Assembly: GCA_021151685.1 (NCBI GenBank)
Contig: JAGKWS010000004.1
Location: 15,800-79,799, forward strand
DNA length: 64,000 bases
Direction: 5' to 3'
Source of the DNA: Chitinophagaceae bacterium
GTDB lineage: Bacteria; Bacteroidota; Bacteroidia; Chitinophagales; Chitinophagaceae
Position 1 is the stretch's first letter, and each line of letters begins with the position of its first letter. Both the position numbers and the translations under genes were made by a program. Positions 48,522 through 58,021 of this stretch are shown one piece after another. A model generated the notes under the pieces. That model was not told where the DNA came from. It saw only the letters and a list, made by a program, of their open reading frames with translations, and did not search any database.

Positions 48522-49838
48522 CTACACGTCCGCCACCCATGCATCCCTATCATCGGGGCTGAATTTCCATGGGGCCATGTTGTTTTCTATGTTGCCAAAC
48601 ATCAGGTTCCATTCCTGTGGGGCGTTGCTTTCTTCCATTATCAGGTTGCGGCGCAGTTGCATAATGATGTCCAGCGGGTCTATGCTCACGGGGCAGGCTT
48701 CTACACATGCCTGACACGTGGTGCAAGCACGCAGCTCTTCTACCGTTATGTAGTTGTGCAGCAGGCTCTTGCCATCGTCTACATATTCGCCATTTTTGTT
48801 GATGTTTTCGCCTATCTCTTCCGCACGGTCGCGGGTGTCCATCATTATTTTGCGGGGCGATAGCTTTTTGCCTGTTTGGTTGGCCGGGCAAGATGCTGTG
48901 CATCGGCCACACTCGGTACAAGAGTAAGCATCCAGCAGGTTTTTCCACGTAAGGTCTTTTACGTCTTTGGCTCCAAAACTGGCAGGTGCAGCCGCTTCGG
49001 CAGGGGCTTTGTCGGGCTCCATAGCGTACAGCACCTCGTTTTGAATTTCCTTCATGTTCTTTATCTCGCCCTTGGGGGTAAGCTTGCCATACCATGCATT
49101 TGGGAAGGCCAGTATCACGTGCAGGTGCTTGGAGTAGGGCAGATAGTTGAGGAAGGCGAACACACCTATAATATGTGCCCACCAGCATATGCGCTCTACA
49201 GCCTCTATGGCGGCTACATGCCAGCCATCGAACAGGCCTGTAAGGTGCTGCGACAGCAGGAAGGGGGTAGTGTGCGTATAGTGTTCGGCATTCAGTTGTT
49301 GCAGGCGCAGGTCGGCGGCATTCATTATCAGAAACAGCGACATCAGTACTACTTCGGTAACCAATATCAGTTTGGCATCGTTTTCGGGCCAGCCGTTCAG
49401 TTCGGGCATGTTCAGGCGGCGTACTTTTACCACATTTCTGCGTAGCAGGAAGATGACACATGCCACCAGTACGGTGAATGCCAGCAACTCGAACGAACCA
49501 ATAAGAAACGAATAGAAACTACCCAGCAATGGGGCAAATATGCGGTGCATACCAGTAATGCCATCCACAAAAATCTCCAGTATTTCTACATTGATGATGA
49601 TGAAGCCTGCATATACAAACAGGTGCAATATGGCTGGCAGTGGCTTTTTGAACATTTTTTTCTGCCCCAGTGCCAGCAACACCATGTTGCGCCAGCGTTC
49701 ATTTGGCCGGTCGTTTATCACCTCGTCGCGGCCCAGCATTATGTTGCGTTTCAGTTCTTTTACCTTCTTTGCAAATAGATAAATAGCACCCGCTGCGCAT
49801 AAAATAAATAGTATTTGTTGTGCTATGTGCATCACCAA
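48522..49838 (-). CDS. Membrane-bound (Fe-S)-binding oxidoreductase (N-terminal half of FadF/HdrD-like complex)
   Basis: TM helices then CTECGRCTASCP and CTTCQACVEACP ferredoxin motifs. Confidence 0.9.
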   Translation of the reverse strand: MVMHIAQQILFILCAAGAIYLFAKKVKELKRNIMLGRDEVINDRPNERWRNMVLLALGQKKMFKKPLPAILHLFVYAGFIIINVEILEIFVDGITGMHRIFAPLLGSFYSFLIGSFELLAFTVLVACVIFLLRRNVVKVRRLNMPELNGWPENDAKLILVTEVVLMSLFLIMNAADLRLQQLNAEHYTHTTPFLLSQHLTGLFDGWHVAAIEAVERICWWAHIIGVFAFLNYLPYSKHLHVILAFPNAWYGKLTPKGEIKNMKEIQNEVLYAMEPDKAPAEAAAPASFGAKDVKDLTWKNLLDAYSCTECGRCTASCPANQTGKKLSPRKIMMDTRDRAEEIGENINKNGEYVDDGKSLLHNYITVEELRACTTCQACVEACPVSIDPLDIIMQLRRNLIMEESNAPQEWNLMFGNIENNMAPWKFSPDDRDAWVADV

Positions 49839-50059
49839 CCCAATTTTACCCCGAAAGTAACAGGTTTTGAGCCAATAGACAAAAATGCACCCCGTTTTTG
49901 GCTATATGTGGATTGATGAGACCAATACTATTGCATTGTATTGGTTTGTACATATTTTCTTGATGTTTATTTAATCCTATTCGCATTCTGTTGGTCTTAT
50001 TTAGTGGGCACAAGTTGCCACAATTTGTTACTTTGCCATTATTATTGCCCTCTATAAAC

Positions 50060-52681
50060 ATGCGGTACACACACCTTGTCTCGTTTTTGCTGCTATTGGC
50101 TACCTTTTGTAGCCATGCGCAGACGCAGGACAGTACCCGTACCGATACCCTGAAATTGAAACCAATCATTCGGGATACTGTAGTTATAGACACGCTCGAT
50201 TTTTTGGTGCCGGTACAGCCCGAGAAACCTAAAACACCCGCACCCCGCACGGGTTACTCTATTTATGGCAAAGTAAATGATGCTGCCACAGGCGAGGGTA
50301 TTCCGTTTGCTACTGTCTTTTTTGCCAGTGGCAACAAGGGTACCGTGGCCGACCTTGATGGGAACTTTGTACTGCGGGCCGATAAGTTGCCCTCGGACAC
50401 CTTGCGGATAGAAGCCGTAGGGTACAAGGGCATGCGCAAGCTGCTGAATAAGGACAAGAAAGAATATAACTATATACTGGAGCTGGAGCGTGCCGTAATG
50501 GCCCTGGATGAGGTGACCATACGGGCAGGCGAAGACCCTGCCATAGCCCTTGTGAAAAAGATAATAGAGCGCAAACCCTATAACAACCCCGACAAGGTAG
50601 AAAACTACCGCTACGAAGCCTATAACCGTATGGAGGCCGACCTGCAACGCCTGACGCGTGAACAGTTTGAAAAAATGCCCCTGCTGCGCCAGTATAGCTT
50701 CATTTACAACAATCTGGATACGGTATCGGAAAGCAAGCCATACCTGCCCCTATACCTTACCGAAACGCTTTCGGACTACTACTTTCAGAGTAAACCCAAG
50801 AAAATGCGCGAGGTGATAAAGGCCAGCATGATAAAGGGGGTGAACAACGAAAACGTGGTGAAGTTTCTGGGCACCTTTCATCAGAACCTGAATGTGTACA
50901 AGAGTTATGTGCCGGTATTCGATAAGAAGTTTGTAAGCCCTATAAGCGATGAGGGTTTGCTTTTCTACAAATACAAGATACGCGATACACAGACTGCTTA
51001 CGGTCACCGCATCATATTGGTGCAGTACACCCCCAAACGCCCGCTGGAGAATTGTTTCTCGGGCGACTTTTGGGTGGTAGACTCGGTATATGCCCTGCAA
51101 CGGGTGAGTATGCAGGTGGGTAAGGAGGTAAATGTAAACTGGCTGGAGCATGTGGCCCTCTATCAGGAGTTTGCCCCTATTGGCGATAGTGTATGGTTTT
51201 GTGTGAAAGACAAATTTGTTGCCGGTTTTTCGGCCTACAACTCTAAGAAGTTGCCCGGTATGATAGGCAGAAAAACCACTACCTACCACCATATTCGCAT
51301 CAATGACGATTCGGTAACGATAGCCCTCAACGACCCCAAAGCAAAACAAGAGGTAATGCGGCTGGACTCTGCCAAACACAAAACCGACGAGTGGTGGAAC
51401 AACAACCGCCCCGATACGCTGACGCATAACGAACAGGCTATCTACAAAATGGTAGACACCATCAACCAGATGCCAATAACAAAGGTGTATAAAAATGCCA
51501 TCCGTTTTCTGGCTACCGGTGTTATAGATGCGGGGCCTGTACAATTGGGGCCATACTACTATCTGTATAGCCGCAACCCGGTAGAGGGCAGCAGATTCAG
51601 GCTAACGATTGGTACACCACGTAAGGTGCGCAATCTGCAACTAACGGCCTATGGTGCCTACGGCCTGCGCGATGAACGTTTCAAATATGGGTTCACCGGC
51701 AAATACATGCTTACACGCCAGCCATGGAGCTATCTGTACGGTATGTATGTACATGACGTAAGCCAGACCACCAATTACTACGACCAGCAAGGTGCCGATA
51801 ACATCTTCAGTACCCTTGCCCGCAAAGCGGGTGTGCCATGGAAGCTCGCCTTTACCGATGATGCCCGCATAGAATACTACAAGCAGTATTTCAGCGCATT
51901 CAGCCATAAACTGATTTTGGAACGCCGCCAGTTTACCCCCTATGCACCACTGCCCGATGAAGATATTTTTGTAGATGATAAAGGGCTGTCCTCTAAAAGT
52001 GCCATTAGCAGCGAGGTAGGTATAGAGCTGCGCTATGCCCATAAAGAAAAGTATGTAGAGGGGCAGTTTACCCGCCTTACCGTTACCAGCAAGTATCCTG
52101 TGATCAACTTCTCGGTAACGGCTGGTATTCCCCGTGTGTTGGGTAGTGCGTATGCGTATCAGAAAGCCCGGTTTTCGGTAGTGGGCAATTCTTATATACC
52201 GCCATTTGGTATACTGTATTACAATGTATTTGCCGGTAAGTATTTTGGTACGCTGCCCTATGCTTTGCTGGAAATTCACCCCGGCAATGAGTTCTATTAT
52301 TACAACCGCTATGCGTTTCAGATGATGAACAATTACGAGTTTCTGAGCGATGAGTATGCGGGCTTTAATGTAGAGCACAATATGGGGGGCGGTATCTTTA
52401 ACCGTGTACCGCTGCTGCGTAAGGCAAAATTCCGGCATTTCTGGACGGCAAAAGGGGTAGTGGGTCGCCTTAGCGATGCCAATCAGGCACTCAATCTTGA
52501 TAAGGGTTATGCGTTCCGTACCTTAAAAGGATCGCCCTACCTGGAGCTGGGCACCGGAGTGTCCAATATTCTACAGGTAGGGCGCATAGATTTTGTATGG
52601 AGGGCTACCCCCAAGCCTATTGCCAGTGAGGCCCGGTGGCGTTATTTTGGCATTTTCGGCAGCGTTCAGTTCGAGTTTTGA
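50060..52681 (+). CDS. Outer-membrane protein, carboxypeptidase-regulatory-like domain + DUF5686-type barrel
   Basis: Signal peptide from MRYTHL (50060); GKVNDAATGEGIPFATV, YNPVEG-like RNPVEGSRF; terminal Phe. Confidence 0.8.
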   Translation: MRYTHLVSFLLLLATFCSHAQTQDSTRTDTLKLKPIIRDTVVIDTLDFLVPVQPEKPKTPAPRTGYSIYGKVNDAATGEGIPFATVFFASGNKGTVADLDGNFVLRADKLPSDTLRIEAVGYKGMRKLLNKDKKEYNYILELERAVMALDEVTIRAGEDPAIALVKKIIERKPYNNPDKVENYRYEAYNRMEADLQRLTREQFEKMPLLRQYSFIYNNLDTVSESKPYLPLYLTETLSDYYFQSKPKKMREVIKASMIKGVNNENVVKFLGTFHQNLNVYKSYVPVFDKKFVSPISDEGLLFYKYKIRDTQTAYGHRIILVQYTPKRPLENCFSGDFWVVDSVYALQRVSMQVGKEVNVNWLEHVALYQEFAPIGDSVWFCVKDKFVAGFSAYNSKKLPGMIGRKTTTYHHIRINDDSVTIALNDPKAKQEVMRLDSAKHKTDEWWNNNRPDTLTHNEQAIYKMVDTINQMPITKVYKNAIRFLATGVIDAGPVQLGPYYYLYSRNPVEGSRFRLTIGTPRKVRNLQLTAYGAYGLRDERFKYGFTGKYMLTRQPWSYLYGMYVHDVSQTTNYYDQQGADNIFSTLARKAGVPWKLAFTDDARIEYYKQYFSAFSHKLILERRQFTPYAPLPDEDIFVDDKGLSSKSAISSEVGIELRYAHKEKYVEGQFTRLTVTSKYPVINFSVTAGIPRVLGSAYAYQKARFSVVGNSYIPPFGILYYNVFAGKYFGTLPYALLEIHPGNEFYYYNRYAFQMMNNYEFLSDEYAGFNVEHNMGGGIFNRVPLLRKAKFRHFWTAKGVVGRLSDANQALNLDKGYAFRTLKGSPYLELGTGVSNILQVGRIDFVWRATPKPIASEARWRYFGIFGSVQFEF

Positions 52682-52696
52682 TGCTGCTGAATGCCT

Positions 52697-53500
52697 TTAG
52701 AATAGCTCCTTCAAAAAGATCATCATATCGGCCCACGACTTTTTGTCGGCGGTCTCGTTGTATGCTATGGGCAGGTTGAATTTCTTTCCATTCTCGGTAG
52801 CATCGGGGTTGGTGAAAGCGTGTGTAGCATCGGGGTAGCTAATGAATTTGTAAGTGACACTGTTTGTTTCCAGGTCTTTTTTGAAGTTAGTTACGTCCGA
52901 TTCCGGTACAAATTTGTCGGCTGCACCATGGCATACCAGTATTTTTCCTTTGATGCCTTTTTTTGCAGGAGCGGTCGCCAAACCACCATGAAAGCTCACT
53001 ACGCCTTTCAGATTGGTACCCAGCTTTATGGCATTCAGCACCATACTGCCGCCAAAGCAATAACCCACTGCCGCAATTTTGGTAGGGTCGGCTTCTTTAT
53101 ATTGCTTCACACGGGCTATGGCCGCCTCTATGCGCTGCTTGCCCACATCGGGGTTTTTGTAGAATGGGGTTGCATATTCCTGCGCCTGTTGCGGATTATC
53201 GGCCAGCTTGCCATCGCCATACATGTCGGCAGCTATAGCTATGTAGCCAAGCCCTGCCAGCATACGTGCCCTCATTTTGGCATAGTTGTTATTGCCCCAC
53301 CATTCGGGCACTACCACCACTACCGGGCGTTTCCCTTTTTTAGTGGCATCCCATGCTACATAGCTGTGTAGTTTGGTGCCGTGGTCGGTATAGGTTACCT
53401 CTTCGGTTTTAATGTTCCCCTCTTCTCTTTGCTGTGCGTGCGCCACCGAGCCGGTTACGGCCATCAGGCATACCAATGCTTGTACCAGAATATGCTTCAT
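52697..53500 (-). CDS. Dienelactone hydrolase family protein
   Basis: VPEWWG, GYCFGG nucleophile, SFHGGL, HGAAD, HAFTNP. Confidence 0.92.
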   Translation of the reverse strand: MKHILVQALVCLMAVTGSVAHAQQREEGNIKTEEVTYTDHGTKLHSYVAWDATKKGKRPVVVVVPEWWGNNNYAKMRARMLAGLGYIAIAADMYGDGKLADNPQQAQEYATPFYKNPDVGKQRIEAAIARVKQYKEADPTKIAAVGYCFGGSMVLNAIKLGTNLKGVVSFHGGLATAPAKKGIKGKILVCHGAADKFVPESDVTNFKKDLETNSVTYKFISYPDATHAFTNPDATENGKKFNLPIAYNETADKKSWADMMIFLKELF

Positions 53501-53572
53501 AAAACTCTCTTTTAGTTACATGTTTGTACATGCAAAATTAAGGGTGCCTGCCAATAGAAGTATCAAAAGACC

Positions 53573-55810
53573 TTATTGACGGTTCAGCATTTGGTGATAT
53601 GCCTTAATGAATAGCACACCCAGATTTTTGTGGGGCGGTACATAGTCGCGATAGCGGGGGTATAGTTCGGGCTTCTTTACAAAGTACTCCTCCAGCCCAT
53701 TCCAGATGTTTATCCAGTTGATGTCTGTTTTCTCCAGCAGGCTGGTGTTGATGGCGCGTACTATAGGCTCGTTGATGGCACCTACCCCTGTCTGTTTGGA
53801 CGATATGATGTGGGCAGACGGGGCAGACTGCAGCACTTTGGTTACGTTTTGGTAGCCACCGCAAGAACCCAACACTACAATGCGTGCATTACTATCTATA
53901 CGGGCCAGTGTGGCCTTTACGTGGTAGCTATGCCCCCTGTGTATCACCACTCGCGGGTGTATGCCCGCAGCCGCCAGAAACTGGTCTACCGTGTCTATAG
54001 CCTGCTCATCTTCCGGCGTGCGCAAAGGGTTGTTGGCATACATCACTATCCGCTGCCCGGTAAGTGCGGTAACGGTAGTCATGTAATGGGTAGTATCTAC
54101 CCGCCATTTCGGGTTTTTGCGGTACTCGTCGGTAAAGCCTACCCATGCATTGTGGCCATCATCGTCGCCATAGAAGAACACACGCTCGTATATAGTGCCT
54201 GTATCGTTGGTGAGCTGCGTAAAGGGGACAATATTGATGGGCGGTAAATTCAACTTGCCCGATGCTGTGCTTGCACTGGCCTCGGCATTGCTGTTGGTGG
54301 CACTTTCGGCCAGCAGCGACAGCAGGCCGTATATGGCTATGCCTTTTTTGTTGTCAAAATACTTGCACTTCTTGTAGTTTTCTATGATGCGGCCACGCAG
54401 CAGGGCTATGAGTGCAGGATCGTTAATGCTGCCAATGGCATCGGCTACGTTTACTGCGTCTTCCAGCTCATCGGCAGGGCCTTCTTCCAGTCCGTTTATG
54501 AATCGGGTCATTACCGTGGTGCGGGCGGTATCGTCCATAGCTCCCAGAAACTCTGAGAGGGTATTGTATGCTGCGCACAGCCTGATGAAGGTGCGGAAGT
54601 AGTCGTAGTGCAGCGAGTCCAGAAATACATTGGCGCGCATGGGGGGCATGCGCTCCATCATCCGCTTAAAGGTGCCCAGAAAACTGCTGGTATATATTTC
54701 CTCGCGCCCGTATATCATTACATAATAGAGCGATGTGGCGGGCAGGCTATCGGTACAGGCAAAACGCACAGCTTCGGTAGTGTCGTGCAGCTCGTTCATT
54801 TGGCGCACAAAAAATTTAAGTGTGCGGTATTCCAGCTCGCTGGTATATAGTTTTTTAGAGAGTGGCTCGCGGCTGCGGCGTAGCTCGGCCAGTGCATTGT
54901 AGCTGCGGGCAGGGTCGGCCGCTATAGAGTCTATGCCGCTTATGCCCATACTGCCTGTGTACAGGTAAGACACAAATGGCAGTGCCCTCAAGGGGGCATC
55001 GCTCTCGGCAGCGGCCTGTACTATGGCCTGCACATAGGGGTCGTGTGTTTTGTATACGGCAGCTTTCAGCAATAGGTTACTGGATAGCGCATAGTTGAAT
55101 ATGAGCGAAGGCTCCAGCCGTGCTGCAGCTGCTATAATAGGTGGGGCAAATGTGTCGCGGGCAAATTCCTCCAACCGCTGCACCAGCCGCACCGGGTATT
55201 GTGCCCCCATGCGGGTGTATATCAGTTCTCGTGCGGGCGACTGTTTTTCCAGCAACAGACGGGCATTGTCCAGCGTATACAGGTTGCAATTTGCCACCAC
55301 AAAGTCGTACTCCTTGTGTTCGTTTACTGCCACCATAAGGTGGTGCATATTGGTGGCAAGGCTATCATAGAAGCCGGGGCGTGGTTTGGGGTCGCTGTCG
55401 TATTGCCGCATCAGTTCCCACAGGGCGCGCAGGCACTGTATTTGCAATTGGTTGTGGGCGTTGCTGTCTCTGCCTACAACCGGTAGGTTTTCTGCCAATA
55501 TCTGTAGGGCATCTACTTCCTGTATCAGTGCATGGGTATAGGCGTTTCCAGCACCCGCAACGGCTATTTTGTCGTCGGCTTTGCCATCGGCATTGTCGGC
55601 CTTGCGCTGTTCGTTGTCTATTTTGTCGTGAAAGAGGGCATGTGCCAGCGGTATGGGTGCCAAGAGCGTATCGGCCAGATAGGGGTTGGGGCGGCTTTGC
55701 TTCCATGCGCTAAAAGCGGCTGGTTGCTTACCCGAACGGGCGGCTTGTGGCTGCGCATAGCTTACGGCAACCCAACAACACCATATGACAGACAAAAAGA
55801 ATACCCTCAT
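53573..55810 (-). CDS. Secreted hypothetical protein, possible clan CD His-Cys peptidase domain at C-terminus
   Basis: 745-aa ORF with signal peptide; VVIHRGHS and IVVLGSCGG; TATATTTG -7 box at 55849-55842. Confidence 0.65.
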   Translation of the reverse strand: MRVFFLSVIWCCWVAVSYAQPQAARSGKQPAAFSAWKQSRPNPYLADTLLAPIPLAHALFHDKIDNEQRKADNADGKADDKIAVAGAGNAYTHALIQEVDALQILAENLPVVGRDSNAHNQLQIQCLRALWELMRQYDSDPKPRPGFYDSLATNMHHLMVAVNEHKEYDFVVANCNLYTLDNARLLLEKQSPARELIYTRMGAQYPVRLVQRLEEFARDTFAPPIIAAAARLEPSLIFNYALSSNLLLKAAVYKTHDPYVQAIVQAAAESDAPLRALPFVSYLYTGSMGISGIDSIAADPARSYNALAELRRSREPLSKKLYTSELEYRTLKFFVRQMNELHDTTEAVRFACTDSLPATSLYYVMIYGREEIYTSSFLGTFKRMMERMPPMRANVFLDSLHYDYFRTFIRLCAAYNTLSEFLGAMDDTARTTVMTRFINGLEEGPADELEDAVNVADAIGSINDPALIALLRGRIIENYKKCKYFDNKKGIAIYGLLSLLAESATNSNAEASASTASGKLNLPPINIVPFTQLTNDTGTIYERVFFYGDDDGHNAWVGFTDEYRKNPKWRVDTTHYMTTVTALTGQRIVMYANNPLRTPEDEQAIDTVDQFLAAAGIHPRVVIHRGHSYHVKATLARIDSNARIVVLGSCGGYQNVTKVLQSAPSAHIISSKQTGVGAINEPIVRAINTSLLEKTDINWINIWNGLEEYFVKKPELYPRYRDYVPPHKNLGVLFIKAYHQMLNRQ

Positions 55811-55930
55811 GCATTTGCCGCAACATACGGCCCTGTAGGTTCAAATATAGTTTTTATAGTGTGAAGAAAACCCGAAATATACTTTTTAGGAGCTGTGTGT
55901 ATAATCCTGCGTTGTTCATAAAACAATTGC

Positions 55931-56040
55931 CACCGCAAAGAACGCTGAGAAATGCGCAAAGCCACGCAAAGGGCTACGGACAGGCATAGCAGCCTTCACC
56001 TTTGAGTGGCGCAAAGAACATGTTGCCGGGTTCTTTGCAC
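55931..56040. repeat. CGCAAAG-rich palindromic intergenic element
   Basis: Four CGCAAAG copies (55934, 55955, 55965, 56010); stems gccacgcaaagg/cctttgagtggc and gcaaagaac/gttctttgc. Confidence 0.6.
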
Positions 56041-56058
56041 TTTTGTGAATAAATCGGG

Positions 56059-58002
56059 TTATAGCTTATTCAGAAAATCCCACTCGTCTATCCATGTAGA
56101 TTTATCGACAAGTTTTATCAATTCTATAAAATCTGACTCAATAGAGAATACCAACCCATACTGTTCTATGGTCTGTTTGATTACGTTCTCTACATCTCGT
56201 TTATCCATCAATTGGTACAGAAGTTCATTCGCAAGACAATCGCCAAAATAAGTCTCGATGTATTTGAGTAACAGCAGGTCTTGAATGTTGATAATTTTTG
56301 GGCCAAACAGCTCGTGTACTTTCTTTATTTTACTATTCAGGTATCTGTTTACGGCATTTCTATAATACTCGTCATTGAATTTTGCTTTTAGTGTAGCCCC
56401 ATAGTTGCTGTAGGCCTGCGCCAGGTCTTGCAGAATGGCTGCCACATCGGGTATAGTTCCGGTTGCATTTTCTACCAGTCTTTGCAGTAGTTTGGCTGTT
56501 TTGGGTAGGTCGCTCAGCAGGGTTGCTTCAAAGGTATAAGCATTGGCACAGTAGGTTTTTATGCCGAGCTTTTCCCGGAAGGTGTCCAGAATAATGTCTT
56601 TGTGCGCCACCGATAGTTCATCCTTGTCAAATACCAATGCAGCCTTATCCCAAAGCGTCACCGAGTTTTTGATGGTGCTAAACACGGTTTTATAGGCATT
56701 TATGTTTTCAAGCACTTCGCCTATGCCGCCCAGTACCCAGAACATATACTTTTTCTGGTTGTTTATTTGTTGGTTTAGCAAAATTCTGAACACCCGTGCA
56801 TCATCTTCGCCTTCTACAAATATCAGTCGGTCACATTCAAGCGCATTTATGAAATCGAGCCCGGTGGTATTGCCAATAGACCTGATGACTGGTGTAAGAT
56901 TGCTGGGCATAATGCCCTTGAAATGCAACCCCAAGTGTTGGTCATTGGTGTCGAAATGTATGCTGCGCACTTCCCCTTCTGGCTTCCCCGTCATATGAAA
57001 AACATGTTGCGGGGCGGCACTACGTATCAGCGATTCGTTGTGTGTAGACAAAAAAAGTTGTGCATCCGATGAATACCTCAGAAAAGTCTCTACCAGTCTG
57101 CGTTGTATGTCTCTGTGTATATGGCTGTCTGGCTCGTCCAGCAATATCATTCGGTAATCTACCCGGTTATTGTCGCCCGCATACAGGTTTAGCAGTATTT
57201 CTATTATCTGTAAGGTGCCGCTACCCAGCAGCGAAATATCTTTTTCCACATCCGATGCGCTATGCCTGTACAGTATCACGGCCTGTGCATCGGCATTCAT
57301 GTCGGTAGCGGTTCTTATAGTTATTCTTTGCTCATTGTTATACAGTATATAGTTCAGGTCGTTCATAAAGACCGAAACCGTGTTGGTATTGGCACTTCTG
57401 AGCACACGGTACAGCCTGTTCCTGAATACTCGAAACGATTGTCGCAATAACATACGTTCTTTTATCCCGGGGTCTGTTAGGAAATCTTCCGTTTCTTGTA
57501 TTTGTGCAACTGGTGTGCCGTAGACTACAGTTATTGGTTCTGGGAGGTAGCGGAAATAATTATTGAATTTGCTGTGGTTGTAGGTTTTGTAGCCATCCAT
57601 CTCAATAACATAGTTGCTACCTGAACTAGATATTGTAAAGCCAATTGATAATTCGTCAATTAGATCGCAAAAACTAACTACCAGCTTAATTTTCAAACGT
57701 TTGGAACGTTGATGAAAGATGTCTTCAAAGTTGGGACTTCGAACGCTATTGATCTCGCTGAAGGGAAAGTACTTATTGTAGGAAGGCCCTAAAACATAAT
57801 CGCCTTTCTTGTATCCTTTCTCACCTCTTTTGGTTTCCTTAATTAGTTTAGTAAAGCATTCGTGCCATAGAGACAGTGCTTCCAACACAGTTGTTTTGCC
57901 AGAATTATTGCTACCAGTAAGGATATTCAGCCCATCATTAAAATGGAATGTAATGTCCTTGATAGACTTGAAATTCTGAATCCTGAACTTCTGTATATAC
58001 AT
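56059..58002 (-). CDS. OLD-family ABC-ATPase + TOPRIM nuclease (putative defence)
   Basis: IQNFKSI, Walker A GSNNSGKT, signature LGSGT, Walker B LLDEPDSHIH, H-loop STHN, TOPRIM FVEGEDD and FDKD. Confidence 0.85.
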   Translation of the reverse strand: MYIQKFRIQNFKSIKDITFHFNDGLNILTGSNNSGKTTVLEALSLWHECFTKLIKETKRGEKGYKKGDYVLGPSYNKYFPFSEINSVRSPNFEDIFHQRSKRLKIKLVVSFCDLIDELSIGFTISSSGSNYVIEMDGYKTYNHSKFNNYFRYLPEPITVVYGTPVAQIQETEDFLTDPGIKERMLLRQSFRVFRNRLYRVLRSANTNTVSVFMNDLNYILYNNEQRITIRTATDMNADAQAVILYRHSASDVEKDISLLGSGTLQIIEILLNLYAGDNNRVDYRMILLDEPDSHIHRDIQRRLVETFLRYSSDAQLFLSTHNESLIRSAAPQHVFHMTGKPEGEVRSIHFDTNDQHLGLHFKGIMPSNLTPVIRSIGNTTGLDFINALECDRLIFVEGEDDARVFRILLNQQINNQKKYMFWVLGGIGEVLENINAYKTVFSTIKNSVTLWDKAALVFDKDELSVAHKDIILDTFREKLGIKTYCANAYTFEATLLSDLPKTAKLLQRLVENATGTIPDVAAILQDLAQAYSNYGATLKAKFNDEYYRNAVNRYLNSKIKKVHELFGPKIINIQDLLLLKYIETYFGDCLANELLYQLMDKRDVENVIKQTIEQYGLVFSIESDFIELIKLVDKSTWIDEWDFLNKL

Positions 58003-58021
58003 AGTGTCGTTTTATACACAA

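Noticed and set aside
45914-58002. Gabija (OLD nuclease + helicase)
   Set aside because: The helicase is Pif1/RecD-like rather than UvrD-like and lies about 8 kb away, separated by housekeeping genes.
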